Shown here in pieces: positions 41,175 through 49,968 of a stretch of DNA of 64,000 nt. This DNA comes from Dehalococcoidia bacterium (lineage in GTDB: Bacteria; Chloroflexota; Dehalococcoidia; UBA2979). The stretch spans positions 517,256-581,255 of the forward strand of contig OZ253555.1 in the NCBI GenBank assembly GCA_965262725.1, written 5' to 3'. The position numbers and the translations under genes were made by a program. Numbering within the stretch: the first letter of the stretch is position 1; each line of letters begins with the position of its first letter. The notes below the pieces were generated by a model, which saw nothing but the letters and a program-made list of their open reading frames with translations, was not told where the DNA came from and made no database searches.

Positions 41175-42752
41175 ATGCGGGCGCTGCTCGCCGTCTACGA
41201 CAAGCAGGGTGTCGCCGACTTCGCGCGAGGGCTCGCCGAGCTCGGCTGGGAGCTCGTCGCCACCGGGAACACGCGTCGCGTGATCGCGGAGGCGGGCGTG
41301 CCGGTGATGGAGGTCGCCGATCTCACCGGCTCGCCGGAGATGCTCGGCGGACGCGTGAAGACGCTGCACCCGATGGTGCACGGGGGGCTGCTCTACCGCC
41401 GCGGCCACGCGGGCGACGAGGCGGAGGTCGCGCGCTACCAGATCCCGGCCATCGACCTCGTGGCGTCCAACCTCTACCCCTTCGTTGCGACCGTGACCGC
41501 CGGGGAGGGCGTCCCGCTCTCGGAGGCGCTGGAGCAGATCGACATCGGCGGGCCGACGATGATCCGCGCCGCCGCCAAGAACCACCCCGCCGTGATCCCG
41601 ATCACCGACCCCCGCGACTACGACGAGGTGCTCAAGGCGCTGCGCTCGGCGGGCGGCGACCCCTCCGGCGTCGCCGCCTCGCTCCGCTCGCGCCTCGCGG
41701 CGAGCGCCTTCGCGCACACCGCCCACTACGACGCCGCCATCGCCGAGTACCTGCGCCCGGCGGACCAGCCGTTCCCGGAGCAGCTCACCGTGCCGTTCAC
41801 GCTCGCCGAGGAGCTGCGCTACGGGGAGAACCCGCACCAGCGCGGCGCCTTCTACCGGATGGACTCGGTGCGCGTCCCCGCCGAGGGCACGGGCGCGCTT
41901 GAGCAGCTCCACGGCAAGGCGCTCTCCTACGTCAACGTGCTCGACGCGGACGAGGCGTTCCAGCTCGTCTGCGATGCCCCGGGGCCGGCTATAGCCATCA
42001 TCAAGCACACCAACCCGTGCTGCTTCGCGACCGGCGAGGCGCCGCTGGCCGAGCTCTACGAGCGTGCCCTCTCGGAGGGCGACGCCGTCTCCGCCTACGG
42101 CGGTATCGTCGCCGTGAACCGTCCCCTCGACATGGGCCTGGCGAGCGCGCTTCGGGAGTTCCCGAGCCCGGCCACCGGCGGGCGGATGTTCTTCGAGATC
42201 GTGATCGTGCCGGGCTACGAGCCCGAGGCCTTGGAGCACCTGCGGCGGAAGTCACGGGACCTGCGGATCCTCGTCGCCCCCGTCGGCGACCCGGGCCGGC
42301 CCCGCATCGAGGTGCGCGCCGTGCGCGGGGGGGCGCTGCTGCAGGAGTCCGACGTGACCGTCGAGCGGGATTTTGAGGTCGTCTCAGCCCGGCACCCCTC
42401 GGAGCGTGAGCTCGAGGATCTCCGCGTCGGCTGGATGGTCTGCAAGCACGTCAAGTCGAACGCCGTCGTCTTCGTGAGAGACGGCGTCCTGGTCGGGATG
42501 GGCGCCGGCCAGCCCAACCGCGTCGGGAGCGCGAGACTCGCCGGCGAGAGCGCTGGCGAGAGGGCTCAGGGGGCCGTCGCGGCGACCGACGCGCTGATCC
42601 CCTTCCCCGACACGGTGGAGGTCTGCGCGAGCTTCGGTGTGAGCGCGGTGCTCCACACGGGGGGCTCCATCCGCGACCAGGAGTCCGTGGAGACGGCGGA
42701 TCGCCTCGGCGTCTCGCTGCTCACGACGGGGGTTCGCCACTTCCGCCACTGA
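41175..42752 (+). CDS. purH: Bifunctional AICAR transformylase / IMP cyclohydrolase
   Basis: MRALLAVYDKQGV...KTLHPMVHGGLL; full length 525 aa. Confidence 0.95.
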   Translation: MRALLAVYDKQGVADFARGLAELGWELVATGNTRRVIAEAGVPVMEVADLTGSPEMLGGRVKTLHPMVHGGLLYRRGHAGDEAEVARYQIPAIDLVASNLYPFVATVTAGEGVPLSEALEQIDIGGPTMIRAAAKNHPAVIPITDPRDYDEVLKALRSAGGDPSGVAASLRSRLAASAFAHTAHYDAAIAEYLRPADQPFPEQLTVPFTLAEELRYGENPHQRGAFYRMDSVRVPAEGTGALEQLHGKALSYVNVLDADEAFQLVCDAPGPAIAIIKHTNPCCFATGEAPLAELYERALSEGDAVSAYGGIVAVNRPLDMGLASALREFPSPATGGRMFFEIVIVPGYEPEALEHLRRKSRDLRILVAPVGDPGRPRIEVRAVRGGALLQESDVTVERDFEVVSARHPSERELEDLRVGWMVCKHVKSNAVVFVRDGVLVGMGAGQPNRVGSARLAGESAGERAQGAVAATDALIPFPDTVEVCASFGVSAVLHTGGSIRDQESVETADRLGVSLLTTGVRHFRH

Positions 42753-42832
42753 GCCCGGGAGCGATCGCCCCAGGGCGGACGCACCGGCGACCACGCGGGT
42801 ACACCACGACGTGCGGCTGCGGGCGTCCCGGC

Positions 42833-43279
42833 ATGCCTGCGCGGCGAGCCCGCGGACCTTCGCGCCCACGCTCGGCTACCATCGACGGAGGCTCCGCGGA
42901 GGGCGCCATGGTCCCGCGCCGCGCATGGCACTCGCTGCCCCCGGTCGCGGCGGCGCTCGCGCTCTCGGCAGCCCTCGTGGCGTGCGTGCTCGAGCCGGCC
43001 GATGCCCCGCCGCCCGCGGCGCCGCGCTCGCCCGCGCCGACGGCTTCGGCAACGGCAACGCCTGTCTCGGACACTCCGGGAGGCTACTACGGCGCCTGTG
43101 CTTTGACGGAAAGCGGCGAGCTGTTCTGCTGGGACATGGACGACGCCGGGGAGGCGATCGTGCTGCCCGGCCGCTACATCGCGATTGACACGGCCGGGGG
43201 CAAGATCTGCGCGGTCACGGCGGGCGGCGACACCGTTTGTTGGGGCGCCGACGCGTCAGCCGCCGGCGACCCGCCGTGA
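42833..43279 (+). CDS. Lipoprotein with RCC1-like repeats; possibly frameshifted, with a continuation in another frame to ~43460
   Basis: Lipobox ALVAC; repeats GGYYGACALTESGELFCWD and GGKICAVTAGGDTVCWG; the next frame reads RRHTCALTEAGED (another RCC1-like unit) right after the stop. Confidence 0.45.
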   Translation: MPARRARGPSRPRSATIDGGSAEGAMVPRRAWHSLPPVAAALALSAALVACVLEPADAPPPAAPRSPAPTASATATPVSDTPGGYYGACALTESGELFCWDMDDAGEAIVLPGRYIAIDTAGGKICAVTAGGDTVCWGADASAAGDPP

Positions 43280-43387
43280 GCGCCGGACGACGTCACACCT
43301 GCGCGCTGACGGAGGCCGGAGAGGACGCGGACGGCTCGCCCGGACGCGGTCCGCGGGCGCCGCGTGGTCGGTGCTCCTTTGCTCCCG

Positions 43388-44281
43388 CTACTCCGCTCCG
43401 AGGCGGAGCGTCTCGAGAACGTCTGAGAACTCCTCCACGTCCACCACGCCCTCAATCGGGGTGAGCGAGAACTCGCGGGCGCAGCCGCCTGCTGAGACCG
43501 GGAGCACGCGCTGGGTGACGCCGTCCGCCGTCTCAACCTCCAGCATCTGGTAGCCCCGCCCCTCCACCTCGACGATGCGCGTCACGGAGAGCGAGGCGCC
43601 GCCTGAGCGCAGCTCCTGAGCCCAGAGGCGCTGCGCCTCGCCGGGGGAGTCTGCCTCCGCCCGGCAGCCTGCGATCGTGACCGCGGGGTAGGCGAGCGCC
43701 GGCGGGCCCGTCACGCGGCGCCTCCCGCCCGGCCCGGTCGGCTCGGGCGGCGTCGGGACCTCCACGACGAGGTAGTCGAGCGAGCTGCCGCTTACGTGGC
43801 GCCAGTTCGGGGGCAGGGCGCCCGCGTAGCCCTCGGCCGCGAAGGAATGCCAGCCCTCGGGCGCCCCCGCCGGATCCGCGTCTCCGGCGAAGAGGCGGAG
43901 TGCGACGAGGAGCGCCGCGAGCGCGCCGGCGACGGTGACCCAGTGCCAGACGCGCCCCCCGACTCCCTCGAGCGGCGCCCGCGAGAGCTCGCGGTGGAGC
44001 GGCGTCGGGCGGTCGGCGCCGGGCGGGCGGCGGCGGTGGGCCGGGTGCGTGAAGCGGGCTCCGAGCGCCCAGACCGGCTGCCACGGCGCGTCCTCCTCCG
44101 TGAGCGGCCGGTCCCACTCGGAGGGGTCGCCCCCCAAGGGCGGTTCGCCCGGGCGCCCCCCGGGCGTGCGTCGCTCCGGCACCGCTCGCCCCCCATCGCC
44201 GCGAGGTGGTGTCCTCCGACTCGCGCTTCCCGCGACTGTCGCACGCCGGACGCGCCGCTTACCATCGCCGGCGATGGCCAC
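43388..44281 (-). CDS. Hypothetical membrane-anchored protein
   Basis: 297 aa with one TM helix (VWHWVTVAGALAALLVALRLFAG); start uncertain; overlaps neighbours. Confidence 0.35.
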   Translation of the reverse strand: MAIAGDGKRRVRRATVAGSASRRTPPRGDGGRAVPERRTPGGRPGEPPLGGDPSEWDRPLTEEDAPWQPVWALGARFTHPAHRRRPPGADRPTPLHRELSRAPLEGVGGRVWHWVTVAGALAALLVALRLFAGDADPAGAPEGWHSFAAEGYAGALPPNWRHVSGSSLDYLVVEVPTPPEPTGPGGRRRVTGPPALAYPAVTIAGCRAEADSPGEAQRLWAQELRSGGASLSVTRIVEVEGRGYQMLEVETADGVTQRVLPVSAGGCAREFSLTPIEGVVDVEEFSDVLETLRLGAE

Positions 44282-44999
44282 CGTCGACCTCGTCCTCCCC
44301 GCCTACAACGAGGAGCGTCAACTCGAGGAGAGCGCGCGGATGCTGCTCGCCTGGTGCGAGGCGCATCCCGGGCACGCGTGGCGCGTGGTCGTCGCGGACA
44401 ACGGCTCAACGGACGGAACCCTGGCCGTCGCGCGCGCGCTCCAGGCGGAGTACCCGGGCCGCCTGGCGGCGCTGCACGTCCCGGTGGCCGGGCGCGGCTT
44501 GGCGCTGCGCACGGCGTGGCTCACCTCGCCGGCCGACGTGGCCGCCTACATGGATGTCGACCTCTCGACCTCGCTCGACGCGCTGCCCGGGCTCGTCGAC
44601 CCGCTCGCTCAGGGGGAGGCCGATCTCGCGGTCGGGAGCCGGCTGCATCCGCTCGCCCGGCGCCGCCGCGGCGTGCGTCGCGAGGTGCTCTCGCGGGGAT
44701 TCGTGCTGCTGCTCAGACTGGCGCTCGGCTTCCGGCTCACCGACGCACAGTGCGGGTTCAAAGCGATTCGCCGCGAGGCGGCGCGCGCGCTGATTCCGCT
44801 CGTTCACGACAACAGCTGGTTCTTCGACGCCGAGCTCCTGATCCTCGCGCAGCACAACGGCTACCGTATCCGGGAGGTGCCCGTTTTGTGGACGGACGAT
44901 CCCGCAAGCAGCGTGCGCATCGTCTCGACCGTGGTCGAGGATCTGCGCGGCATCTGGCGGCTCCGCCGGGGCGGGATCGCTCGCGTTCCGCGCCCGTGA
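44274..44999 (+). CDS. GT2-family glycosyltransferase (dolichyl-phosphate mannosyltransferase-like)
   Basis: VDLVLPAYNEE...VVADNGSTDGT...DVDLST...CGFKA motifs; in-frame Met at 44274. Confidence 0.8.
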   Translation: MATVDLVLPAYNEERQLEESARMLLAWCEAHPGHAWRVVVADNGSTDGTLAVARALQAEYPGRLAALHVPVAGRGLALRTAWLTSPADVAAYMDVDLSTSLDALPGLVDPLAQGEADLAVGSRLHPLARRRRGVRREVLSRGFVLLLRLALGFRLTDAQCGFKAIRREAARALIPLVHDNSWFFDAELLILAQHNGYRIREVPVLWTDDPASSVRIVSTVVEDLRGIWRLRRGGIARVPRP

Positions 45000-45061
45000 G
45001 AAGGTCCTCCCGGGCGCTCGCCGGCGCCCTCCGCGGGACCCCCGGAAAAGCCGCGCTTTCC

Positions 45062-45091
45062 TTGACGCTATACGGGGGCACGGATAGCATG
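45062..45091 (+). promoter_or_regulatory. Putative sigma70-type promoter upstream of the cytochrome b cluster
   Basis: TTGACG, 17-nt spacer, TAGCAT. Confidence 0.3.
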
Positions 45092-45154
45092 CGGGCCGCT
45101 CTTGTGACGTGAGGCACGGCCGCCTCCGCGGGCGCCCGCGGGCCCCGTCCGCCG

Positions 45155-45271
45155 ATGGGGGGCACGATGCTCGGAGAGGTGGGAGAGACCCTCGAATTGG
45201 TCGGGGTGCTCCTCACGATCCTGGGCTCGCTCGGGATTATGGTCGTGCTCGGCAAGTGGTGGGAGACCTAG
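45155..45271 (+). CDS. 38-aa single-TM peptide upstream of cytochrome b (candidate small bc-complex subunit)
   Basis: MGGTMLGEVGETLELVGVLLTILGSLGIMVVLGKWWET; below the ORF-track cutoff; ends ~55 nt before the cytochrome b start. Confidence 0.35.
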   Translation: MGGTMLGEVGETLELVGVLLTILGSLGIMVVLGKWWET

Positions 45272-45328
45272 CGCAGGGCCGACCGCACGGCGGCGAGAGC
45301 CGCCTGCGAGCGCCGCGGGGGTGAGTGG

Positions 45329-46084
45329 ATGGCGAGCACCGAGCGTCCGGTACGCCGAGGTGTCGGTGACCGTCTCTACGAATTCACCGTCCAGAACCGC
45401 GTCTGGCGCTCGATCGTCCGCTCCGGTTACCCGAATACCCCCCGCAACCAGATGCTCGCGGTCGCGACGAACGTCTTCCTCCACCTCCACCCGACGCGCA
45501 TCCACCGCACCCACGTCAAGATCACCCACACCTTCTGCCTCGGCGGCCTCTCCTTCTTCCTGTTTCTCGGGCTGACCGTCACCGGCGTGCTTCTGATGTT
45601 CTATTACGTGCCGTCCGTCGAGCGTGCCTACGAGGACATGCTGGCGCTCGAAACCGACGTGCGGTTCGGGCTGCTGATGCGCAACCTGCATCGCTGGATG
45701 GCGCACGGGATGGTCCTCACCGTGCTGATGCACATGATGCGCGTCTTCTACACCGGCGCGTACAAGCCCCCGCGGGAGTTCAACTGGGTCGTCGGCGTGG
45801 TCCTGCTCGTGCTGACGCTCCTGCTCTCCTTCACCGGCTACCTGCTGCCCTGGGACGAGCTCGCCTTCTGGGCGATCACCGTCGGCACCGACATGGTCGG
45901 CTCGGCGCCGATCTTCGGGCAGCCGAACCGCTTCGTTCTCATCGGCGGCTACGACGTCGGCGCGAACGCGCTTATCCGCTTCTACACGTTGCACGTGATC
46001 GGGCTGCCGCTCTTGGCCGCCATCTTCATGGCGGTGCATTTCTGGCGAATCCGCCGTGATGGCGGGCTCGCCCGGCCGCTGTAG
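45329..46084 (+). CDS. Cytochrome b6-type subunit (N-terminal four-helix haem-binding half of cytochrome b)
   Basis: Four TM helices with conserved His pairs (...HLHPTRIH..., ...[23 protein letters not shown]...). Confidence 0.9.
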   Translation: MASTERPVRRGVGDRLYEFTVQNRVWRSIVRSGYPNTPRNQMLAVATNVFLHLHPTRIHRTHVKITHTFCLGGLSFFLFLGLTVTGVLLMFYYVPSVERAYEDMLALETDVRFGLLMRNLHRWMAHGMVLTVLMHMMRVFYTGAYKPPREFNWVVGVVLLVLTLLLSFTGYLLPWDELAFWAITVGTDMVGSAPIFGQPNRFVLIGGYDVGANALIRFYTLHVIGLPLLAAIFMAVHFWRIRRDGGLARPL

Positions 46085-46135
46085 CGAGCGGACGCGGGGC
46101 CCCGTCGACGGGCCCGGCACGGGAGGCAGGGACGC

Positions 46136-47023
46136 ATGGCGATGGCCAGAGGCGCACAGGCGGGGGTGGAGCCCGCGTCGCGCGCCGTCCGCGCCCGTCA
46201 GGTGCGACGCCGCGAGGAGGAGCTCCTCGTCTGGCCGGACCTCGTCTTCGTCGAGTTCATCGCCGCGGTCCTCTTCACGCTGACGCTCACGCTGCTCTCG
46301 ATCCTCATCAACGCGCCGCTGCAGGACCGCGCGAACCCGGCGCACACGCCGAACCCGTCGAAGGCGCCGTGGTACTTCCTGAACCTGCAGGAGCTTTTGC
46401 TCCACATGCACCCGGCGCTCGCCGGCGTCGTCGTCCCGACGGTGGCGCTCGTGGTGCTCGGCGCGATCCCCTACTTCGACACCGACAACAGGAGCCAGGG
46501 CGAGTGGCTCACCACTCCCCGCGCATGGCCGAACCTCATCGTCGGCGCCGCCGTTGGCGTCATCGGGACGGCGCTCCTCATAGGCTGGGATTCCCAGCGC
46601 CACGTCCTCGCCTACGAGCGCTGGGTCGGGGAGTGGCCGCAGAGCCTCGAGTGGCTGCGCAGCGCCCGGGCGCTGCAAGGGGAGATCGCGGAGTGGCTGC
46701 CGAGCTCGTGGTCGAGCATCCCCCTGGGCGAGAAGGTGCTGCGCACGGATCTGCTCGGGCTCCCGGCGATCGACCTCAACGTCAACCTCCCCGCTGTCCT
46801 GATCGAGCAGATGCTGCCCACCTCGCTGATGGTCGGGCTTCCGATCCTGCTCTCGCTGGTCGCGTGGCGGATGGGGCTGGCCCACACGAAGCGCGACCAC
46901 ATGATCCTTCAGTTCTCGGGCTTCATCGCGGTCTTCATCGCTCTCACGATCAGTGGGACGGCGCTCCGCGGCGAGGGCATGGAGCTCTTCTGGCCGTGGG
47001 AGGTCCGTCCCGCGGTGAGCTAG
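46136..47023 (+). CDS. Cytochrome b C-terminal half / subunit IV-like protein
   Basis: KAPWYFLNLQELL (the PEWY-region equivalent) plus several TM helices; follows the b6 gene directly. Confidence 0.8.
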   Translation: MAMARGAQAGVEPASRAVRARQVRRREEELLVWPDLVFVEFIAAVLFTLTLTLLSILINAPLQDRANPAHTPNPSKAPWYFLNLQELLLHMHPALAGVVVPTVALVVLGAIPYFDTDNRSQGEWLTTPRAWPNLIVGAAVGVIGTALLIGWDSQRHVLAYERWVGEWPQSLEWLRSARALQGEIAEWLPSSWSSIPLGEKVLRTDLLGLPAIDLNVNLPAVLIEQMLPTSLMVGLPILLSLVAWRMGLAHTKRDHMILQFSGFIAVFIALTISGTALRGEGMELFWPWEVRPAVS

Positions 47024-47088
47024 AGCGGCGGCGCGGGGCCCGTCCGGGTCGGCCCGCGGGGGCCACACAGGGGAAGCGAGCGGGCGTA

Positions 47089-47808
47089 GTGGCGAACGAG
47101 ATCGAGAGCACCGGGTCGGCGCCGCCCTCCATCGGTGCCTCGCCGGCCGCGGGGTCGAGCGCCGACGCGTGGCGCGCGGCGCTCAGCGCACGCCGCACCG
47201 AGGTCGTCACCGACATCGTGGTGCCGACGGCGCAGGCGCACGCGCCGCCCGACGCGGAGGTCTCGAGGCGGCGCTTCATCCTCGGCGCGTTCTGGACGGG
47301 GCTCGGTGTGACCCTCGCCGGCTCGCTCGGCGTCTTCCTCGACTTCTTCTGGCCCCGCGGAATCGTGAAGTTCGGGGGGCCCTTCCCTGTCGGCAACGTG
47401 GCGGACTTCGAGCCGGGCGGCACCCCCGAGCTCATCGCCGCGGCACAGACCTGGATCGTCAACCTCGATCCCGCCGATGCGCGCTACGGCGGATCGGACG
47501 GGGGCCAGGGCTACCTCGCGCTGTGGCGGAAGTGCCCGCACCTCGGCTGCTCGGTGCCGTGGAACCCCTCCTTCAACTTCGAGGGGCAGGTCGGCTGGTT
47601 CCGCTGTCCCTGCCACGGTTCGACCTACACCAAGGCCGGCATCCGCGTCTTCGGTCCGGCGCCGCGCTCGATGGACACCTTCGATCTCACCGTGGATGAC
47701 GCCGGCAACCTCACCGTGCACACGGATCGCGTCATGTCGGGTGGCCCGGACAACGCCGACCGCGCCCGGACCGTCGAGCAGCTGCGCGAGGCAGCGGCCT
47801 CCGGATGA
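47089..47808 (+). CDS. Rieske [2Fe-2S] protein with Tat signal
   Basis: RRRFILGAFW twin-arginine leader; CPHLGC...CPCHGS boxes; GTG start after the subunit IV stop. Confidence 0.85.
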   Translation: MANEIESTGSAPPSIGASPAAGSSADAWRAALSARRTEVVTDIVVPTAQAHAPPDAEVSRRRFILGAFWTGLGVTLAGSLGVFLDFFWPRGIVKFGGPFPVGNVADFEPGGTPELIAAAQTWIVNLDPADARYGGSDGGQGYLALWRKCPHLGCSVPWNPSFNFEGQVGWFRCPCHGSTYTKAGIRVFGPAPRSMDTFDLTVDDAGNLTVHTDRVMSGGPDNADRARTVEQLREAAASG

Positions 47809-48737
47809 ACACCAGCAAGCAAGTCAACGTCATGATCGGCCTCCTCTTCCTGACGGTGGCCGTGCTCTTCCTCTACTTCCTCGACGAGGGAAACCGGCAG
47901 GCGCACGCGCTGGAGGAGCAGACCGAGCGCGTCGCCGAGCGCGGCGCCCGGCTCTTCGCCGACAACTGCCGCAGCTGCCACGGACTGGAGGGCGAGGGCG
48001 GCATCGGCCAGGCGCTCAACCGCCCGGCGTTCCTCATCCTCGGCGAGGACAACGAGTTCGGGGCACCGGCGACTCCGGGTCTCGGGACGCCGGACGACCC
48101 GGGTGCCAACGAGATCGTCGCCTTCCTCGGCGACACGATTAGCTGCGGCCGCGCCGGCACCTTCATGCCGTCGTGGTCGGAAGAGTTCGGCGGCACGCTC
48201 TCCGACACGCAGATCGCCCAACTCGTAACTCTCATCACCACCGGTCGCTGGGATCTGGTGCGGAAGGCGGGCGCGGAGAGCGATGAGCAGACGGGCCTCA
48301 CCCTCGAGGAGATCGTCTTCGTGGGCTCCGACGGCCTTCAGCTCACCGGCGAGAACTGCGGCCAGTACAATGCGATCCAGGCGCTGCGCTACCGCAACCG
48401 CACCGACCCGCGCACCGTGCGGGAGGTGGCGGTTCCCGGCGCGGAGGCGCCCCCGGCGCCCTCGGGTGGGGAGCCCGCCGGGCCGTCGATCCAGGGCGTG
48501 GCGGTGGGCGTCTTCTTCGGGGCGACGTGCGCCACCTGTCACGGCGCCGACCGCGGCGGCCTCCCGGATCTCGGTCTGGCGCTCTTGCCGGACGTGCTGA
48601 CGGAGTCCGACGATTTCTACTTCGATACCATCAAGAATGGTCGCGAGGGCACGGTGATGCCGGCGTGGGGCCAGCAGGGTCTGACCGACGACGACATCCG
48701 GTTGCTGGTGGACTTCATCCGGAGCACACCGCCGTAG
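47805..48737 (+). CDS. Membrane-anchored diheme cytochrome c
   Basis: N-terminal TM anchor; two CxxCH motifs (CRSCH, CATCH). Confidence 0.85.
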   Translation: MNTSKQVNVMIGLLFLTVAVLFLYFLDEGNRQAHALEEQTERVAERGARLFADNCRSCHGLEGEGGIGQALNRPAFLILGEDNEFGAPATPGLGTPDDPGANEIVAFLGDTISCGRAGTFMPSWSEEFGGTLSDTQIAQLVTLITTGRWDLVRKAGAESDEQTGLTLEEIVFVGSDGLQLTGENCGQYNAIQALRYRNRTDPRTVREVAVPGAEAPPAPSGGEPAGPSIQGVAVGVFFGATCATCHGADRGGLPDLGLALLPDVLTESDDFYFDTIKNGREGTVMPAWGQQGLTDDDIRLLVDFIRSTPP

Positions 48738-48809
48738 CGATGGGGACACCACGCGGTGGCGGACGGGCGCTCGCGCTCCTCCGTGCGGCGTGGCGAGGGG
48801 AGAAGGAAG

Positions 48810-48929
48810 ATGGCAGCCGAGACGGGGAAGCGCTACCGCTGCACGACCTGCGGGGCGGAGTTCATCGTCACGCGGGGCTCTGCAGAGGGAGAGCTGCGCT
48901 GCGGCGGGGAGCCGCTGGAGCAGATCTAG
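48810..48929 (+). CDS. Small (39 aa) CxxC protein, zinc-ribbon/desulforedoxin-like
   Basis: Good SD (GAAGGAAG); MAAETGKRYRCTTCGAEFIVTRGSAEGELRCGGEPLEQI. Confidence 0.4.
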   Translation: MAAETGKRYRCTTCGAEFIVTRGSAEGELRCGGEPLEQI

Positions 48930-48947
48930 CGCGGCGGGAGGAACATA

Positions 48948-49091
48948 ATGGCGGTACAGCTGGGGAAGCGTTACCAGGACGAGTCGACCGGTATCGAGGT
49001 GCTCTGCATCAAGCCGGGCGAGTGCAATCTGAACGTCGATGGGCGCGGCATGGAGGAGCTCCAGCCGAAGGTCCTGCCTTCGGCGGACTAG
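48948..49091 (+). CDS. Small (47 aa) paralogous ORF
   Basis: SD GGGAGGAA; MAVQLGKRYQDESTGIEVLCIKPGECNLNVDGRG...; shares the GKRY start with the preceding ORF. Confidence 0.35.
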   Translation: MAVQLGKRYQDESTGIEVLCIKPGECNLNVDGRGMEELQPKVLPSAD

Positions 49092-49178
49092 GACCGCGGG
49101 CCGGCGTCGATTGACGGTCCAAAACGGCCCGGCCTACGCTCGACGCGCGGTGAGGGGCGGCCGAGAGCCGCGCGAAGG

Positions 49179-49403
49179 GTGGCGAAACACGTGGCGGAAG
49201 TGCAGGTTGGCGAGTCCGAGCCGCTGGACATCGCGCTCAAGCGCTTCAACAAGCGCGTGCAGGCGGACGGTATCCTGACCGACGCGAGGCGGCACGAGTA
49301 CTACGAGAAGCCCTCCGAGCGGCGCAAGAAGAAGGAAGCGGCGAGGCGCCGCAAGCTGCGCAAGCTCCTGAGGCGAAAGAGCGACACCGAACTGCGGAAC
49401 TAG
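49179..49403 (+). CDS. rpsU: 30S ribosomal protein S21
   Basis: VAEVQVGESEPLDIALKRFNKRVQADGILTDARRHEYYEKPSERRK; the start may be the GTG at 49191. Confidence 0.9.
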   Translation: MAKHVAEVQVGESEPLDIALKRFNKRVQADGILTDARRHEYYEKPSERRKKKEAARRRKLRKLLRRKSDTELRN

Positions 49404-49448
49404 GCGTCGAGCCCCGGAGCGATCCGGGGCTTCGGTGACCGGGGGCGC

Positions 49449-49898
49449 ATGGCGCTGACCAGCGACGTCCGGCAGGAGATGACCGCCGCGATGCGCGCCG
49501 GCGACGCGACGCGACGCGACGCGCTGCGCCTTCTGATCGCCGCCTTCCAGAACGCGCGCATCGCCGCCGGCCACGAGCTCGCCGACAACGAGGCGACGCG
49601 CGTCCTCCAGCGCGAGGCGAAGCAGCGTCGCGAGTCCATCGCCGAGTACGAGCGGGCCCGGCGCGAGGACCTCGCCCAGCGCGAGCGGGACGAGCTCGCC
49701 ATCATCGAGGGCTTCCTCCCGGCGCCGCTCAGCGAGGAGCAGCTCATCGAGCTGGCGCGCATGGTCGTCGCCGAGGTCGGCGCGTCGGGTTCCGGCGATC
49801 TCGGCCTGGTGATGCGCCCGCTCGTGGAGCGCGTCGCCGGGCGTGCCGACGGCCGGCGCGTGAACGAGATCGTGCGGGAGCTGCTCGGCGGCGCCTGA
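49449..49898 (+). CDS. GatB/YqeY-domain protein
   Basis: 149 aa; conserved rpsU-yqeY linkage. Confidence 0.85.
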   Translation: MALTSDVRQEMTAAMRAGDATRRDALRLLIAAFQNARIAAGHELADNEATRVLQREAKQRRESIAEYERARREDLAQRERDELAIIEGFLPAPLSEEQLIELARMVVAEVGASGSGDLGLVMRPLVERVAGRADGRRVNEIVRELLGGA

Positions 49899-49968
49899 TG
49901 CATCCGGCAAGCCGCCCGGCTCGCCGCCGCTCCCCGGTTCCCTCGGGCGAGCGGCGGGCCCACCTCCG

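Noticed and set aside
45068-47068. 666-aa ORF on the minus strand
   Set aside because: Antisense shadow of the cytochrome b / Rieske genes in a 70% GC sequence; Arg/Asp/Glu-rich low-complexity translation with no domain features.
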